From contig CP154954.1 in NCBI GenBank assembly GCA_039621445.1, positions 34,135,737-34,199,736 on the forward strand: a stretch of 64,000 bases of DNA, in the 5' to 3' direction. Both the position numbers and the translations under genes were made by a program. This DNA comes from Euglena gracilis. Taxonomy: Eukaryota. The notes under the pieces are model-generated. The model did not search any database and had not been told where the DNA came from. It saw only the letters and a list, made by a program, of their open reading frames with translations. Positions 1 to 12,100 of the stretch are shown here, one piece after another. Within the stretch, counting starts at the first letter, position 1. Every line of letters begins with the position of its first letter.

Positions 1-3000
1 ACCGCCCGGGAGGCGCAAAATAGCACGTAAGTAACGGACGCCCCCAAAAACGTCTTTTTTGGCCGTTTTCGGCCGAAATCGGCTGCGCCGGCGCTCTAAA
101 AACGTGCGCTCTGCCCGGCTAGAGGTCGGCGATCCTTTACCTGACTGTTGCGAAGGGCGGCGGGCGGATAGCCGTAATTTTGCCCGCGGCGGGCGTGCGT
201 AAAACGCAGCCGTTACCGCCCGGGAGGCGCAAAATAGCACGTAAGTAACGGACGCCCCCAAAAACGTCTTTTTTGGCCGTTTTCGGCCGAAATCGGCTGC
301 GCCGGCGCTCCAAAAACGTGCGCTCTGCCCCGGCTAGAGGTCGGCGATCCTTTACCTAACTGTTGCGAAGGGCGGCGGGCGGATAGCCGTAATTTTGCCC
401 GTGGCGGGCGTGCGTAAAACGCAGCCGTTACCGCCCGGGAGGCGCAAAATAGCACGTAAGTAACGGACGCCCCCAAAAAATGTCATCTTTCGGCCGTTTT
501 CGGCCGAAATCGGCTGCGCCGGCGCTCCAAAAACGTGCGCTCTGCCCCGGCTAGAGGTCGGCGATCCTTTACCTGACTGTTGCGAAGGGCGGCGGGCGGA
601 TAGCCGTAATTTTGCCCGCGGCGGGCGTGCGTAAAACGCAGCCGTTACCGCCCGGGAGGCGCAAAATAGCACGTAAGTAACAGACACCCCCAAAAACGTC
701 TTTTTTTTGGCCGTTTTCGGCCGAAATCGGCTGCGCCGGCGCTCCAAAAACGGGTGATCTGCCCCGGCTAGAGGTCGGCGATCCTTTACCGAACTGTTGC
801 AAAGGGCGGCGGGCGGATAGCCGTAATTTTGCCCGTGGCGGGCGTGCGTAAAACACAGCCGTTACCGCCCGGGAGGCGCAAAATAGCACGTAAGTAACGG
901 ACGCCCCCAAAAACGTCATTTTTTGGCCGTTTTCGGCCGAAATCGTCTGCGCCGGCGCTCCAAAAACGTGCGCTCTGCCCGGCTAGAGGTCGGTGATCCT
1001 TTACCTAACTGATGCGGAGGGCGGCGGGTGGATAGCCGTAATTTTGCCCGTGGCGGGCGTGCGTAAAACGCAGGCGTTACCGCCCGGGAGGCGCAAAATA
1101 GCACGTAAGTAATGGACGCCCCCAAAAATGTCTTTTTTGGCCGTTTTCGGCCGAAATCGGCTGCGCCGGCGCTCTAAAAACGTGCGCTCTGCCCGGCTAG
1201 AGGTCGGCGGTCCTTTACCTGACTGTTGCGAAGGGCGGCGGGCGGATAGCCGTAATTTTGCCCGCGGCGGGCGTGCATAAAACGCAGCCGTTACCGCCAT
1301 GGAGGCGCAAAATAGCACGTAAGTAACAGACACTGCCAAAACGTCTTTTTTTGGCCGTTTTCGGCCGAAATCGGCTGCGCCGGCGCTCCGAAAAAGGGCG
1401 CTCTGCCCCGGCTAGAGGTCGGCGATGCTTTAGCCGACTGTTGCGAAGGGTGGCGGGCGGATAGCCGCAATTTTGCCCGTGGCGGGCGTGCGTAAAACGC
1501 AGCCGTTACCGCCCGGGAGGCGCAAAATAGCACGCCGGCGCTCCAAAAACGTGCGCTCTGCCCCGGCTAGAGGTCGGCGATCCTTTACCTAACTGTTGCG
1601 AAGGGCGGCGGGCGGATAGCCGTAATTTTGCCCGTGGCGGGCGTGCGTAAAACGCAGCCGTTACCGCCCGGGAGGCGCAAAATAGCACGTAAGTAACGGA
1701 CGCCCCCAAAAACGTCATTTTTTGGCCGTTTTCGGCCGAAATCGGCTGCGCCGGCGCTCCAAAATTGGGCGCTCTGCCCCGGCTAGAGGTCGGCGATCCT
1801 TTACCTAACTGTTGCGAAGGGCGGCGGGTGGATAGCCGTAATTTTGCCCGTGGCGGGCGTGCGTAAAACGCAGGTGTTACCGCCCGGGAGGCGCAAAATA
1901 GCACGTAAGTAATGGACGCCCCCAAAAATGTCTTTTTTGGCCGTTTTCGGCCGAAATCGGCTGCGCCGGCGCTCTAAAAACGTGCGCTGCGCCCCGGCTA
2001 GAGGTCGGCGGTCCTTTACCTGACTGTTGCGAAGGGCGGCGGGCGGATAGCCGTAATGTTGCCCGCGGCGGGCGTGCGTAAAACGCAGCCGTTACCGCCA
2101 TGGAGGCGCAAAATAGCACGTAAGTAACAGACACCCCCAAAAACGTCTTTTTTAGGCCGTTTTCGGCCGAAATCGGCTGCGCCGGCGCTCCAAAAACGGG
2201 TGCTCTGCCCCGGCTAGAGGTCGGCGATCCTTTACCGAACTGTTGCGAAGGGCGGCGGGCGGATAGCCGTAATTTTGCCCGTGGCGGGCGTGCGTAAAAC
2301 ACAGCCGTTACCGCCCGGGAGGCGCAAAATAGCACGTAGGTAACGGACGCCCCCAAAAACGTCATTTTTTGGCCTTCTTCGGCCGAAATCGGCTGCGCCG
2401 GCGCTCCAAAAACGGGCGCTCTGCCCCGGCTAGAGGTCGGCGATCCTTTACCTAACTGTTGCGAAGGGCGACGGGCGGATAGCCGTAATTTTGCCCGTGG
2501 CGGGCGTGCGTAAAACACAGCCGTTACCGCCCGGGAGGCGCAAAATAGCACGTAAGTAACGGACGCCCCCAAAAACGTCATTTTTTGGCCGTTTTCGGCC
2601 GAAATTGGCTGCGCCGGCGCCAAAAACGGGCGCTCTGCCCCGGCTAGAGGTCGGCGATCCTTTACCTAACTGTTGCGAAGGTCGACGGGCGGATAGCCGT
2701 AATTTTGCCCGTGGCGGGCGTGCGTAAAACACAGCCGTTACCGCCCGGGAGGCGCAAAATAGCACGTAACTAACGGACGCCCCCAAAAACGTCATTTTTG
2801 GGCCGTTTTCGGCCGAAATCGGCTGCGCCGGCGCTCCAAAAACGGGCGATCTGCCCCGGCTAGAGGTCGGCGATCCTTTACCTAACTGTTGCGAAGGGCG
2901 ACGGGCGGATAGCCGTAATTTTGCCCGTGGCGGGCGTGCGTAAAACGCAGGCGTTACCGCCCGGGAGGCGCAAAATAGCACGTAAGTAATGGACGCCCCC

Positions 3001-6000
3001 AAAAATGTCTTTTTTGGCCGTTTTCGGCCGAAATCGGCTGCGCCGGCGCTCTAAAAACGTGCGCTCTGCCCCGGCCAGAGGTCGGCGGGCCTTTATCTGA
3101 CTGTAGCGAAGGGCGGCGGGCGGATAGCCGTAATTTTGCCCGCGGCGGGCGTGCGTAAAACGCAGCCGTTACTGCCCGGGAGGCGCAAATTAGCACGTAA
3201 GTAACGGACGCCCCCCAAAAACGTCATTTTTTGGCCATTTTCGGCCGAAATCGGCTGCGCCGGCGCTCCAAAAACGGGCGCTCTGCCCCGGCTAGAGGTC
3301 GGCGATCCTTTACCTAACTGTTGCGAAGGGTGGCGGGCGGATAGCCGTAATTTTGCCCGCAACGGGCGTGCGTAAAACGCAGCCGTTACCGCCCGGGAGG
3401 CGCAAAATAGCACGTAAGTAACAGACGCCCCCAAAAATGTCTTCTTTTGGCCGTTTTCGGCCGAAATCGGCTGCGCCGGCGCTCCAAAAACGGGCGCTCT
3501 GCCCCGGCAAGAGGTCGGCGATCCTTTACGTAACTGTTGCGAAGGGCGGCGGGCGGATAGCCGTAATTTTGCCCGTGGCGGGCGTGCGTAAAACGCAGCC
3601 GTTACCGCCCGGGAGGCGCAAAATAGCACGTAAGTAATGGACGCCCCCAAAAATGTCTTTTTTGGCCGTTTTCGGCCGAAATCGGCTGCGCCGGCGCTCC
3701 AAAAAAGGGCGCTCTGCCTCGGCTAGAAATCGGCGATCCTTTACCTAACTGTTGCGAAGGGCGGCAGGCGGATAGCCGTAATTTTGCCCGCGGCGGGCGT
3801 GCGTAAAACGCGGCTGTTACCGCCCGGGAGGCGCAAAATAGCACGTAAGTAACGGACGCCGCCAAAAACGTCATTTTTTGGCCGTTTTCGGCCGAAATCG
3901 GCTGCGCCGGCGCTCCAAAAACGTGCGGTCTGCCCCGGATAGAGGTCGGCGATCCTTTACTGAACTGTTGCGAAGGGCGGCGGGCGGATAGCCGTAATTT
4001 TGCCCGCGGCGGGCGTGCGTAAAACGCAGCCGTTACCGCCCGGGAGGCGCAAAATAGCACGTAAGTAACGGACGCCGCCAAAAACGTCATTTTTTGGCCG
4101 TTTTCGGCCGAAATCGGCTGCGCCGGCGCTCCAAAAACGTGCGCTCTGCCCCGGATAGAGGTCGGCGATCCTTTACCTAACTGTTGCGAAGGGCGGCGGG
4201 CGGATAGCGGCAATTTTTGCCCTCGGCGGGCGTGCGTAAAACGCAGCCGTTACCGCCCGGGAGGCGCACAATAGCACGTAAGTAACGGACGCCCCCCAAA
4301 ACGTCATTTTTTGGCCATTTTCGGCCGAAATCGGCTGCGCCGGCGCTCCAAAAACGGGCGCTCTGCCCCGGCTAGAGGTCGGCGATCCTTTACCTAACTG
4401 TTGCGAAGGGCGGCGGGCGGATAGCCGTAATTTTGCCCGCGACGGGCGTGCGTAAAACGCAGCCGTTACCGCCCGGGAGGCGTAAAATAGCACGTAAGTA
4501 ACGGACGCCCCCAAAAACGTCATTTTTTGGCCGTTTTCGGCCGAAATCAGCTGCGCCGGCGCTCCAAAAACGGGCGCTCCGCCCCGGCTAGAGGTCGGCG
4601 ATCCTTTACCTAACTGTTGCGAAGGGCGGCGGGTGGATAGCCGTAATTTTGCCCGTGGCGGGCGTGCGTAAAACGCAGGCGTTACCGCCCGGGAGGCGCA
4701 AAATAGCACGTAAGTAATGGACGCCCCCATGTCTTTGCCCCCAAACTGTCTTTTTTGGCCGTTTTCGGCCGAAATCGGCTGCGCCGGCGCTCTAAAAACG
4801 TGCGCTGCGCCCCGGCTAGAGGTCGGCGGTCCTTTACCTGACTGTTGCGAAGGGCGGCGGGCGGATAGCCGTAATTTTGCCCGCGGCGGGCGTGCGTAAA
4901 ACGCAGCCGTTACCGCCATGGAGGCGCAAAATAGCACGTAAGTAACAGACACCCCCAAAAACGTCTTTTTTTGGCCGTTTTCGGCCGAAATCGGCTGCGC
5001 CGGCGCTCCAAAAACGTGCGCTCTGCCCCAGCACAAACGAGCAAAAACCAACACAACAGGAAAAAAGGAGAAAAAAAGGAGGGCTAGAGGTCGGCGATCC
5101 TTTACCGAACTGTTGCGAAGGGCGGCGGGCGGTTAGCCGTAATTTTGCCCGTGGCGGGCGTGCGTAAAACACAGCCGTTACCGCCCGGGAGGCGCAAAAT
5201 AGCACGTAAGTAACGGACGCCCCCAAAAACGTCATTTTTTGGCCGTTTTCGGCCGAAATCGGCTGCGCCGGCGCTCCAAAAACGGGCGCTCTGCCCCGGC
5301 TAGAGGTCGGCGATCCTTTACCTAACTGTTGCGAAGGGCGACGGGCGGATAGCCGTAATTTTGCCCGTGGCGGGCGTGCGTAAAACGCAGGCGTTACCGC
5401 CCGGGAGGCGCAAAATAGCACGTAAGTAACGGACGCCCCCAAAAACGTCTTTTTTGGCCGTTTTCGGCCGAAATCGGCTGCGCCGGCGCTCCAAAAACGT
5501 GCGCTCTGCCCCGGCCAGAGGTCGGCGGGCCTTTATCTGACTGTTGCGAAGGGCGACGGGCGGATAGCCGTAATTTTGCCCGTGGCGGGCGTGCGTAAAA
5601 CGCAGGCGTTACCGCCCGGGAGGCGCAAAATAGCACGTAAGTAACAGACGCCTCCAAAAACGTCATTTTTTGGCCGTTTTCGGCCGAAATCGGCTGCGCC
5701 GGCGCTCCAAAAACGGGCGCTCTGCCCCAGCTAGAGGTCGGCGATCCTTTACCTAACTGTTGTGAAGGGCGGCGGGCGGATAGCCGCAATTTTGCCCGCG
5801 GCGGGCGTGCGTAAAACGCAGCCGTTACCGCCCGGGAGGCGCAAAATAGCACGTAAGTAACGGACGCCCCCAAAAACGTCATTTTTTGGCCGTTTTCGGC
5901 CGAAATCGGCTGCGCCGGCGCTCCAAAAAAGGGTGCTCTGCCCCGGCTAGAGGTCGGCGATCCTTTACCGAACTGTTGCGAAGGGCGGCGGGCGGATAGC

Positions 6001-6192
6001 CGCAATTTTTGCCCGCGGCGGGCGTGCGTAAAACGCAGCCGTTACCGCCCGGGAGGCGCAAAATAGCACGTAAGTAACGGACGCCCCCAAAAACGGCATT
6101 TTTTGGCCATTTTCGGCCGAAATCGGCTGCGCCGGCGCTCCAAAAACGGGCGCTCTGCCCCGGCTAGAGGTCGGCGATCCTTTACCTAACTG
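1..6192 (-). repeat. ~216-bp tandem satellite, block 1 (reverse orientation, subfamily A, relatively heterogeneous)
   Basis: Motifs such as AAAATAGCACGTAAGTAACGGACGCCCCC and TTTTCGGCCGAAATCGGCTGCGCCGGCGC recur every ~215-217 bp. The array runs off the window edge. Confidence 0.97.
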
Positions 6193-9100
6193 TTTTTGGA
6201 GCGCCGGCGCAGCCGATTTTGGCCGAAAACGGCCAAAAAATGACGTTTTTGGGGGCGTCTGTTACTTACGTGCTATTTTGCGCCTCCCGGGCGGTAACGG
6301 CTGCGTTTTACGCACGCCTGCCACGGGCAAAATTGCGGCTATCCGCCCGCCGCCCTTCGCTACAGTCAGGTAAAGGACCGCCAACCTCTAGCCGGGGCAG
6401 AGCGCACGTTTTTGGAGCGCCGGCGCAACTGATTTCGGCCGAAAACGGCCAAAAAAGACTCTTATGGGGGCGTCCGTTACTTACGTGCTATTTTGCGCCT
6501 CCCGGGCGGTAACGGCTGCGTTTTACACACGCCCGCCATGGGCAAAATTGCGGCTATCCGCCCGCCGCCCTTCGCAACAGTCAGGTAAAGGATCGCTGAC
6601 CTCTAGCCGGGGCAGATCGCCCGTTTTTGGAGCGCCGGCGCAGCCGATTTCGGCCGAAAACGGCCAAAAAATGACGTTTTTGGGGGCGTCCGTTACTTAC
6701 GTGCTATTTTGCGCCTCCCGGGCCGTAACGGCTGCGTTTTACGCACGCCCGCATAGGGCAAAATTACGGCTATCCGCCCGCCGCCCTTCGCAACAGTTAG
6801 GTAAAGGATCGCCGACCTCTAGCCGGGGCAGAGCGCCCGTTTTTGGAGCGCCGGCGCAGCCGATTTCGGCCGAAAACGGCCAAAAAATGACGTTTTTGGG
6901 GGCGTCCGTTACTTACGTGCTATTTTGCGCCTCCCGGGCGGTAACGGCTGCGTTTTACGCACGCCCGCCACGGGCAAAATTGCGGCTATCCGCCCGCCGC
7001 CCTTCGCAACAGTCAGGTAAAGGACCGCCGACCTCTAGCCGGGGCAGAGCGCCCGTTTTTGGAGCGCCGGCGCAGCCGATTTCGGCCGAAAACGGCCAAA
7101 AAAAGACGTTTTTGGGGGCGTCCGTTACTTACGTGCTATTTTGCGCCTCCCGGGCGGTAACGGCTGCGTTTTACGCACGCCCGCCACGGGCAAAATTACG
7201 GCTATCCGCCCGCCGCCCTTCGCAACAGTTAGGTAAAGGATCGCCGACCTCTAGCCGGGGCAGAGCGCCCGTTTTTGGAGCGCCGGCGCAGCCGATTTCG
7301 GCCGAAAACGGCCAAAAAATGACGTTTTTGGGGGCGTCCGTTAGTTACGTGCTATTTTGCGCCTCCCGGGCGGTAACGGCTGCGTTTTACGCACGCCCGC
7401 CACGGGCAAAATTGCGGCTATCCGCCCGCCGCCCTTCGCAACAGTCAGGTAAAGGACCGCCGACCTCTAGCCGGGGCAGAGCGCCCGTTTTTGGAGCGCC
7501 GGCGCAGCCGATTTCGGCCGAAAACGGCCAAAAAAGACGTTTTTGGGGGCGTCCGTTACTTACGTGCTATTTTGCGCCTCCCGGGCGGTAACGGCTGCGT
7601 TTTACGCACGCCCGCCACGGGCAAAATTGCGGCTATCCGCCCGCCGCCCTTCGCTACAGTCAGGTAAAGGACCGCCGACCTCTAGCCGGGGCAGAGCGCC
7701 CGTTTTTGGAGCGCCGGCGCAGCCGATTTCGGCCGAAAACGGCCAAAAAATGGCGTTTTTGGGGGCGTCTGTTACTTACGTGCTATTTTGCGCCTCCCGG
7801 GCGGTAACGGCTGCGTTTTACGCACGCCCACCACGGGCAAAATTGCGGCTATCCGCCCGCCGCCCTTCGCAACAGTCAGTTAAAGGATCGCCGACCTCTA
7901 GCCGGGGCAGATAGCCCGTTTTTGGAGCGCCGGCGCAGCCGATTTCGGCCGAAAAAGGCCAAACAATGGCGTTTTTGGGGGCGTCTGTTACTTACGTGCT
8001 ATTTTGCGCCTCCCGGGCGGTAACGGCTGCGTTTTACGCACGCCCGCCACGGGCAAAATTACGGCTATCCGCCCGCCGCCCTTCGAAACAGTTAGGTAAA
8101 GGATCACCGACCTCTAGCCGGGGCAGAGCGCCCGTTTTTGGAGCGCCGGCGCAGCCGATTTCGGCCGAAAACGGCCAAAAAAGACGCTTCTGGGGGCGTC
8201 CGTTACTTACGTGCTATTTTGCGCCTCCCGGGCGGTAACGGCTGCGTTTTACGCATGCCCGCCAGGGGCAAAGTTGCGGCTATCCGCCCGCCGCCCTTCG
8301 CAACAGTTAGGTAAAGGATCGCCGACCTCTAGCCGGGGCAGAACGCCCGTTTTTGGAGCGCCGGCGCAGCCGATTTCGGCCGAAAACGGCCAAAAAATGA
8401 CGTTTTTGGGGGCGTCCGTTACTTACGTGCTATTTTGCGCCTCCCGGGCGGTAACGGCTGCGTTTTACGCACGCCCGCCGCGGGCAAAATTACGGCTATC
8501 CGCCCGCCGCCCTTCGCAACAGTCAGGTAAAGGACCGCCGACCCCTAGCCGGGGCGGAGCGCCCGTTTTTGCAGCGCCGGCGCAGCCGATTTCGGCCGAA
8601 AACGGCCAAAAAAAGACGTTTTTGGGGGGCGTCCGTTACTTACGTGCTATTTTGCGCCTCCCGGGCGGTAACGGCTGCGTTTTACGCACGCCCGCCGCGG
8701 GCAAAATTGCGGCTATCCGCCCGCCGCCCTTCGCAACAGTTCGGTAAAGGATCGCCGACCTCTAGCCGGGGCAGAGCGCCCGTTTTTGGAGCGCCGGCGC
8801 AGCCGATTTTGGCCGAAAAAGGCCAAAAAAGACGCTTTTGGAGGCGTCCGTGACTTACGTGCTATTTTGCGCCTCCCGGGCGGTAACGGCTGCGTTTTAC
8901 GCACGCCCGCCACGGGCAAAATTACGGCTATCCGCCCGCCGCCCTTCGCAACAGTCAGGTAAAGGACCGCCGACCTCTAGCAGGGGCAGAGCGCCCGTTT
9001 TTGGAGCGCCGACACAGCCGATTTCGGCCGAAAACGGCCAAAAAAGACGCTTTTGGAGGCGTCCGTTACTTACGTGCTATTTTGCGCCTCCCGGGCGGTA

Positions 9101-12100
9101 ACGGCTGCGTTTTACGCACGCCCGCCACGGGCAAAATTACGGCTATCCGCCCGCCGCCCTTCGCAACAGTTAGGTAAAGGATCGCCGACCTCTAGCCGGG
9201 GCAGAGCGCCCGTTTTTGGAGCGCCGGCGCAGCCGATTTCGGCCGAAAACGGCCAAAAATGACGTTTTTGGGGGCGTCCGTTACTTACGTGCTATTTTGC
9301 GCCTCCCGGGCGGTAACGGCTGCGTTTTACGCACGCCCGCCACGGGCAAAATTACGGCTATCCGCCCGCCGCCCTTCGCAACAGTCAGGTAAAGGACCGC
9401 CGACCTCTAGCCGGGGCAGATGGCACGTTTTTGGAGCGCGGGCGCAGCCGATTTCGGCCGAAAACGGCCAAAAAAAAGACGTTTTTGGGGGCGTCCATTA
9501 CTTACGTGCTATTTTGCGCCTCCCGGGCGGTAACGGCTGCGTTTTACGCACGCCCGCCGCGGGCAAAATTGCGGCTATCCGCCCGCCGCCCTTCGCAACA
9601 GTTCGGTAAAGGATCGCCGACCTCTAGCCGGGGCAGAGCGCCCGTTTTTGGAGCGCCGGCGCAGCCGATTTCGGCCGAAAACGGCCAAAAAAGACGTTTT
9701 TGGGGGCGTCCGTTACTTACGTGCTATTTTGCGCCTCCCGCGCCACGGGCAAAATTGCGGCTATCCGCCCGCCGCCCTTCGCAACAGTTAGGTAAAGGAT
9801 CGCCGACCTCTAGCTGGGGTAGAGCGCCCGTTTTTGGAGCGCCGGCGCAGCCGATTTCGGCCGAAAACGGCCAAAAAATGACGTTTTTGGGGGCGTCTGT
9901 TACTTACGTGCTATTTTGCGCCTCCCGGGCGGTAACGGCTGCGTTTTACGCACGCCCGCCACGGGCAAAATTGCGGCTATCCGCCCGGCGGCTTTCGCAA
10001 CAGTTCAGGTAAAGGATCGCCGACCTCTAGCCGGGGCAGAGCGCCCGTTTTTGGAGCGCCGGCGCAGCCGATTTCGGCCGAAAACGGCCAAAAAATGACG
10101 TTTTTGGGGGCGTCCGTTACTTACGTGCTATTTTGCGCCTCCCGGGCGGTAACGGCTGCGTTTTACGCACGCCCGCCACGGGCAAAATTGCGGCTATCCG
10201 CCCGCCGCCCTTCGCAACAGTTAGGTAAAGGATCGCCGACCTCTAGCCGGGGCAGAGCGCCCGTTTTTGGAGCGCCGGCGCAGCCGATTTCGGCCGAAAA
10301 CGGCCAAAAAAGACGTTTTTGGGGGCGTCCGTTACTTACGTGCTATTTTGCGCCTCCCGGGCGGTAACGGCTGCGTTTTACGCACGCCCGCCACGGGCAA
10401 AATTACGGCTATCCGCCCGCCGCCCTTCGCAACAGTTAGGTAAAGGATCGCCGACCTCTAGCCGGGGCAGAGCGCCCGTTTTTGGAGCGCCGGCGCAGCC
10501 GATTTCGGCCGAAAACGGCCAAAAAAAGACGTTTTTGGGGGCGTCCGTTACTTACGTGCTATTTTGCGCCTCCCGGGCGGTAACGGCTGCGTTTTACGCA
10601 CGCCCGCCGCGGGCAAAATTGCGGCTATCCGCCCGCCGCCCTTCGCAACAGTTAGGTAAAGGATCGCCGACCTCTAGCCGGGGCAGAGCGCCCGTTTTTG
10701 GAGCGCCGGCGCAGCCGATTTCGGCCGAAAACGGCCAAAAAATGACGTTTTTGGGGGCGTCCGTTACTTACGTGCTATTTTGCGCCTCCCGGGCGGTAAC
10801 GGCTGCGTTTTACGCACGCCCGCCACGGGCAAAATTGCGGCTATCCGCCCGCCGCCCTTCGCAACAGTTCAGTAAAGGATCGCCGACCTCTAGCCGGGGC
10901 AGAGCGCCCGTTTTTGGAGCGCCGGCGCAGCCGATTTCGGCCGAAAACGGCCAAAAAATGACGTTTTTGGGGGCGTCCGTTACTTACGTGCTATTTTGCG
11001 CCTCCCGGGCGGTAACGGCTGCGTTTTACGCACGCCCGCCACGGGCAAAATTGCGGCTATCCGCCCGCCGCCCTTCGCAACAGTTAGGTAAAGGATCGCC
11101 GACCTCTAGCCGGGGCAGAGCGCCCGTTTTTGGAGCGCCGGCGCAGCCGATTTCGGCCGAAAACGGCCAAAAAATGACGTTTTTGGGGGCGTCCGTTACT
11201 TACGTGCTATTTTGCGCCTCCCGGGCGGTAACGGCTGCGTTTTACGCACGCCCGCCGCGGGCAAAATTGCGGCTATCCCTTCGCAACAGTTCGGTAAAGG
11301 ATCGCCGACCTCTAGCCGGGGCAGAGCGCCCGTTTTTGGAGCGCCGGCGCAGCCGATTTCGGCCGAAAACGGCCAAAAATGACGTTTTTGGGGGCGTCCG
11401 TTACTTACGTGCTATTTTGCGCCTCCCGGGCGGTAACGGCTGCGTTTTACGCACGCCCGCCGCGGGCAAAATTACGGCTATCAGCTTGCCGCCATTCGCG
11501 ACAGTTCGGTAAAGGATCGCCCACCTCTAGCCGGGGCAGAGCGCCCGTTTTTGGAGCGCCGGCGCAGCCGATTTCGGCCGAAAACGGCCAAAAAATGACG
11601 TTTTTGGGGGCGTCCGTTACTTACGTGCTATTTTGCGCCTCCCGGGCGGTAACGGCTGCGTTTTACGCACGCCCGCCACGGGCAAAATTACGGCTATCCG
11701 CCCGCCGCCCTTCGCAACAGTTAGGTAAAGGATCGCCGACCTCTAGCCGGGGCAGAGCGCCCGTTTTTGGAGCGCCGGCGCAGCCGATTTCGGCCGAAAA
11801 CGGCCAAAAAAAGACGTTTTTGGGGGCGTCCGTTACTTACGTGCTATTTTGCGCCTCCCGGGCGGTAACGGCTGCGTTTTACGCACGCCCGCCACGGGCA
11901 AAATTGCGGCTATCCGCCCGCCGCCCTTCGCAACAGTCAGGTAAAGGACCGCCGACCTCTAGCCGGGGCAGAGCGCCCGTTTTTGGAGCGCGGGCGCAGC
12001 CGATTTCGGCCGAAAACGGCCAAAAAAGACGTTTTTGGGGGCGTCCGTTACTTACGTGCTATTTTGCGCCTCCCGGGCGGTAACGGCTGCGTTTTACGCA

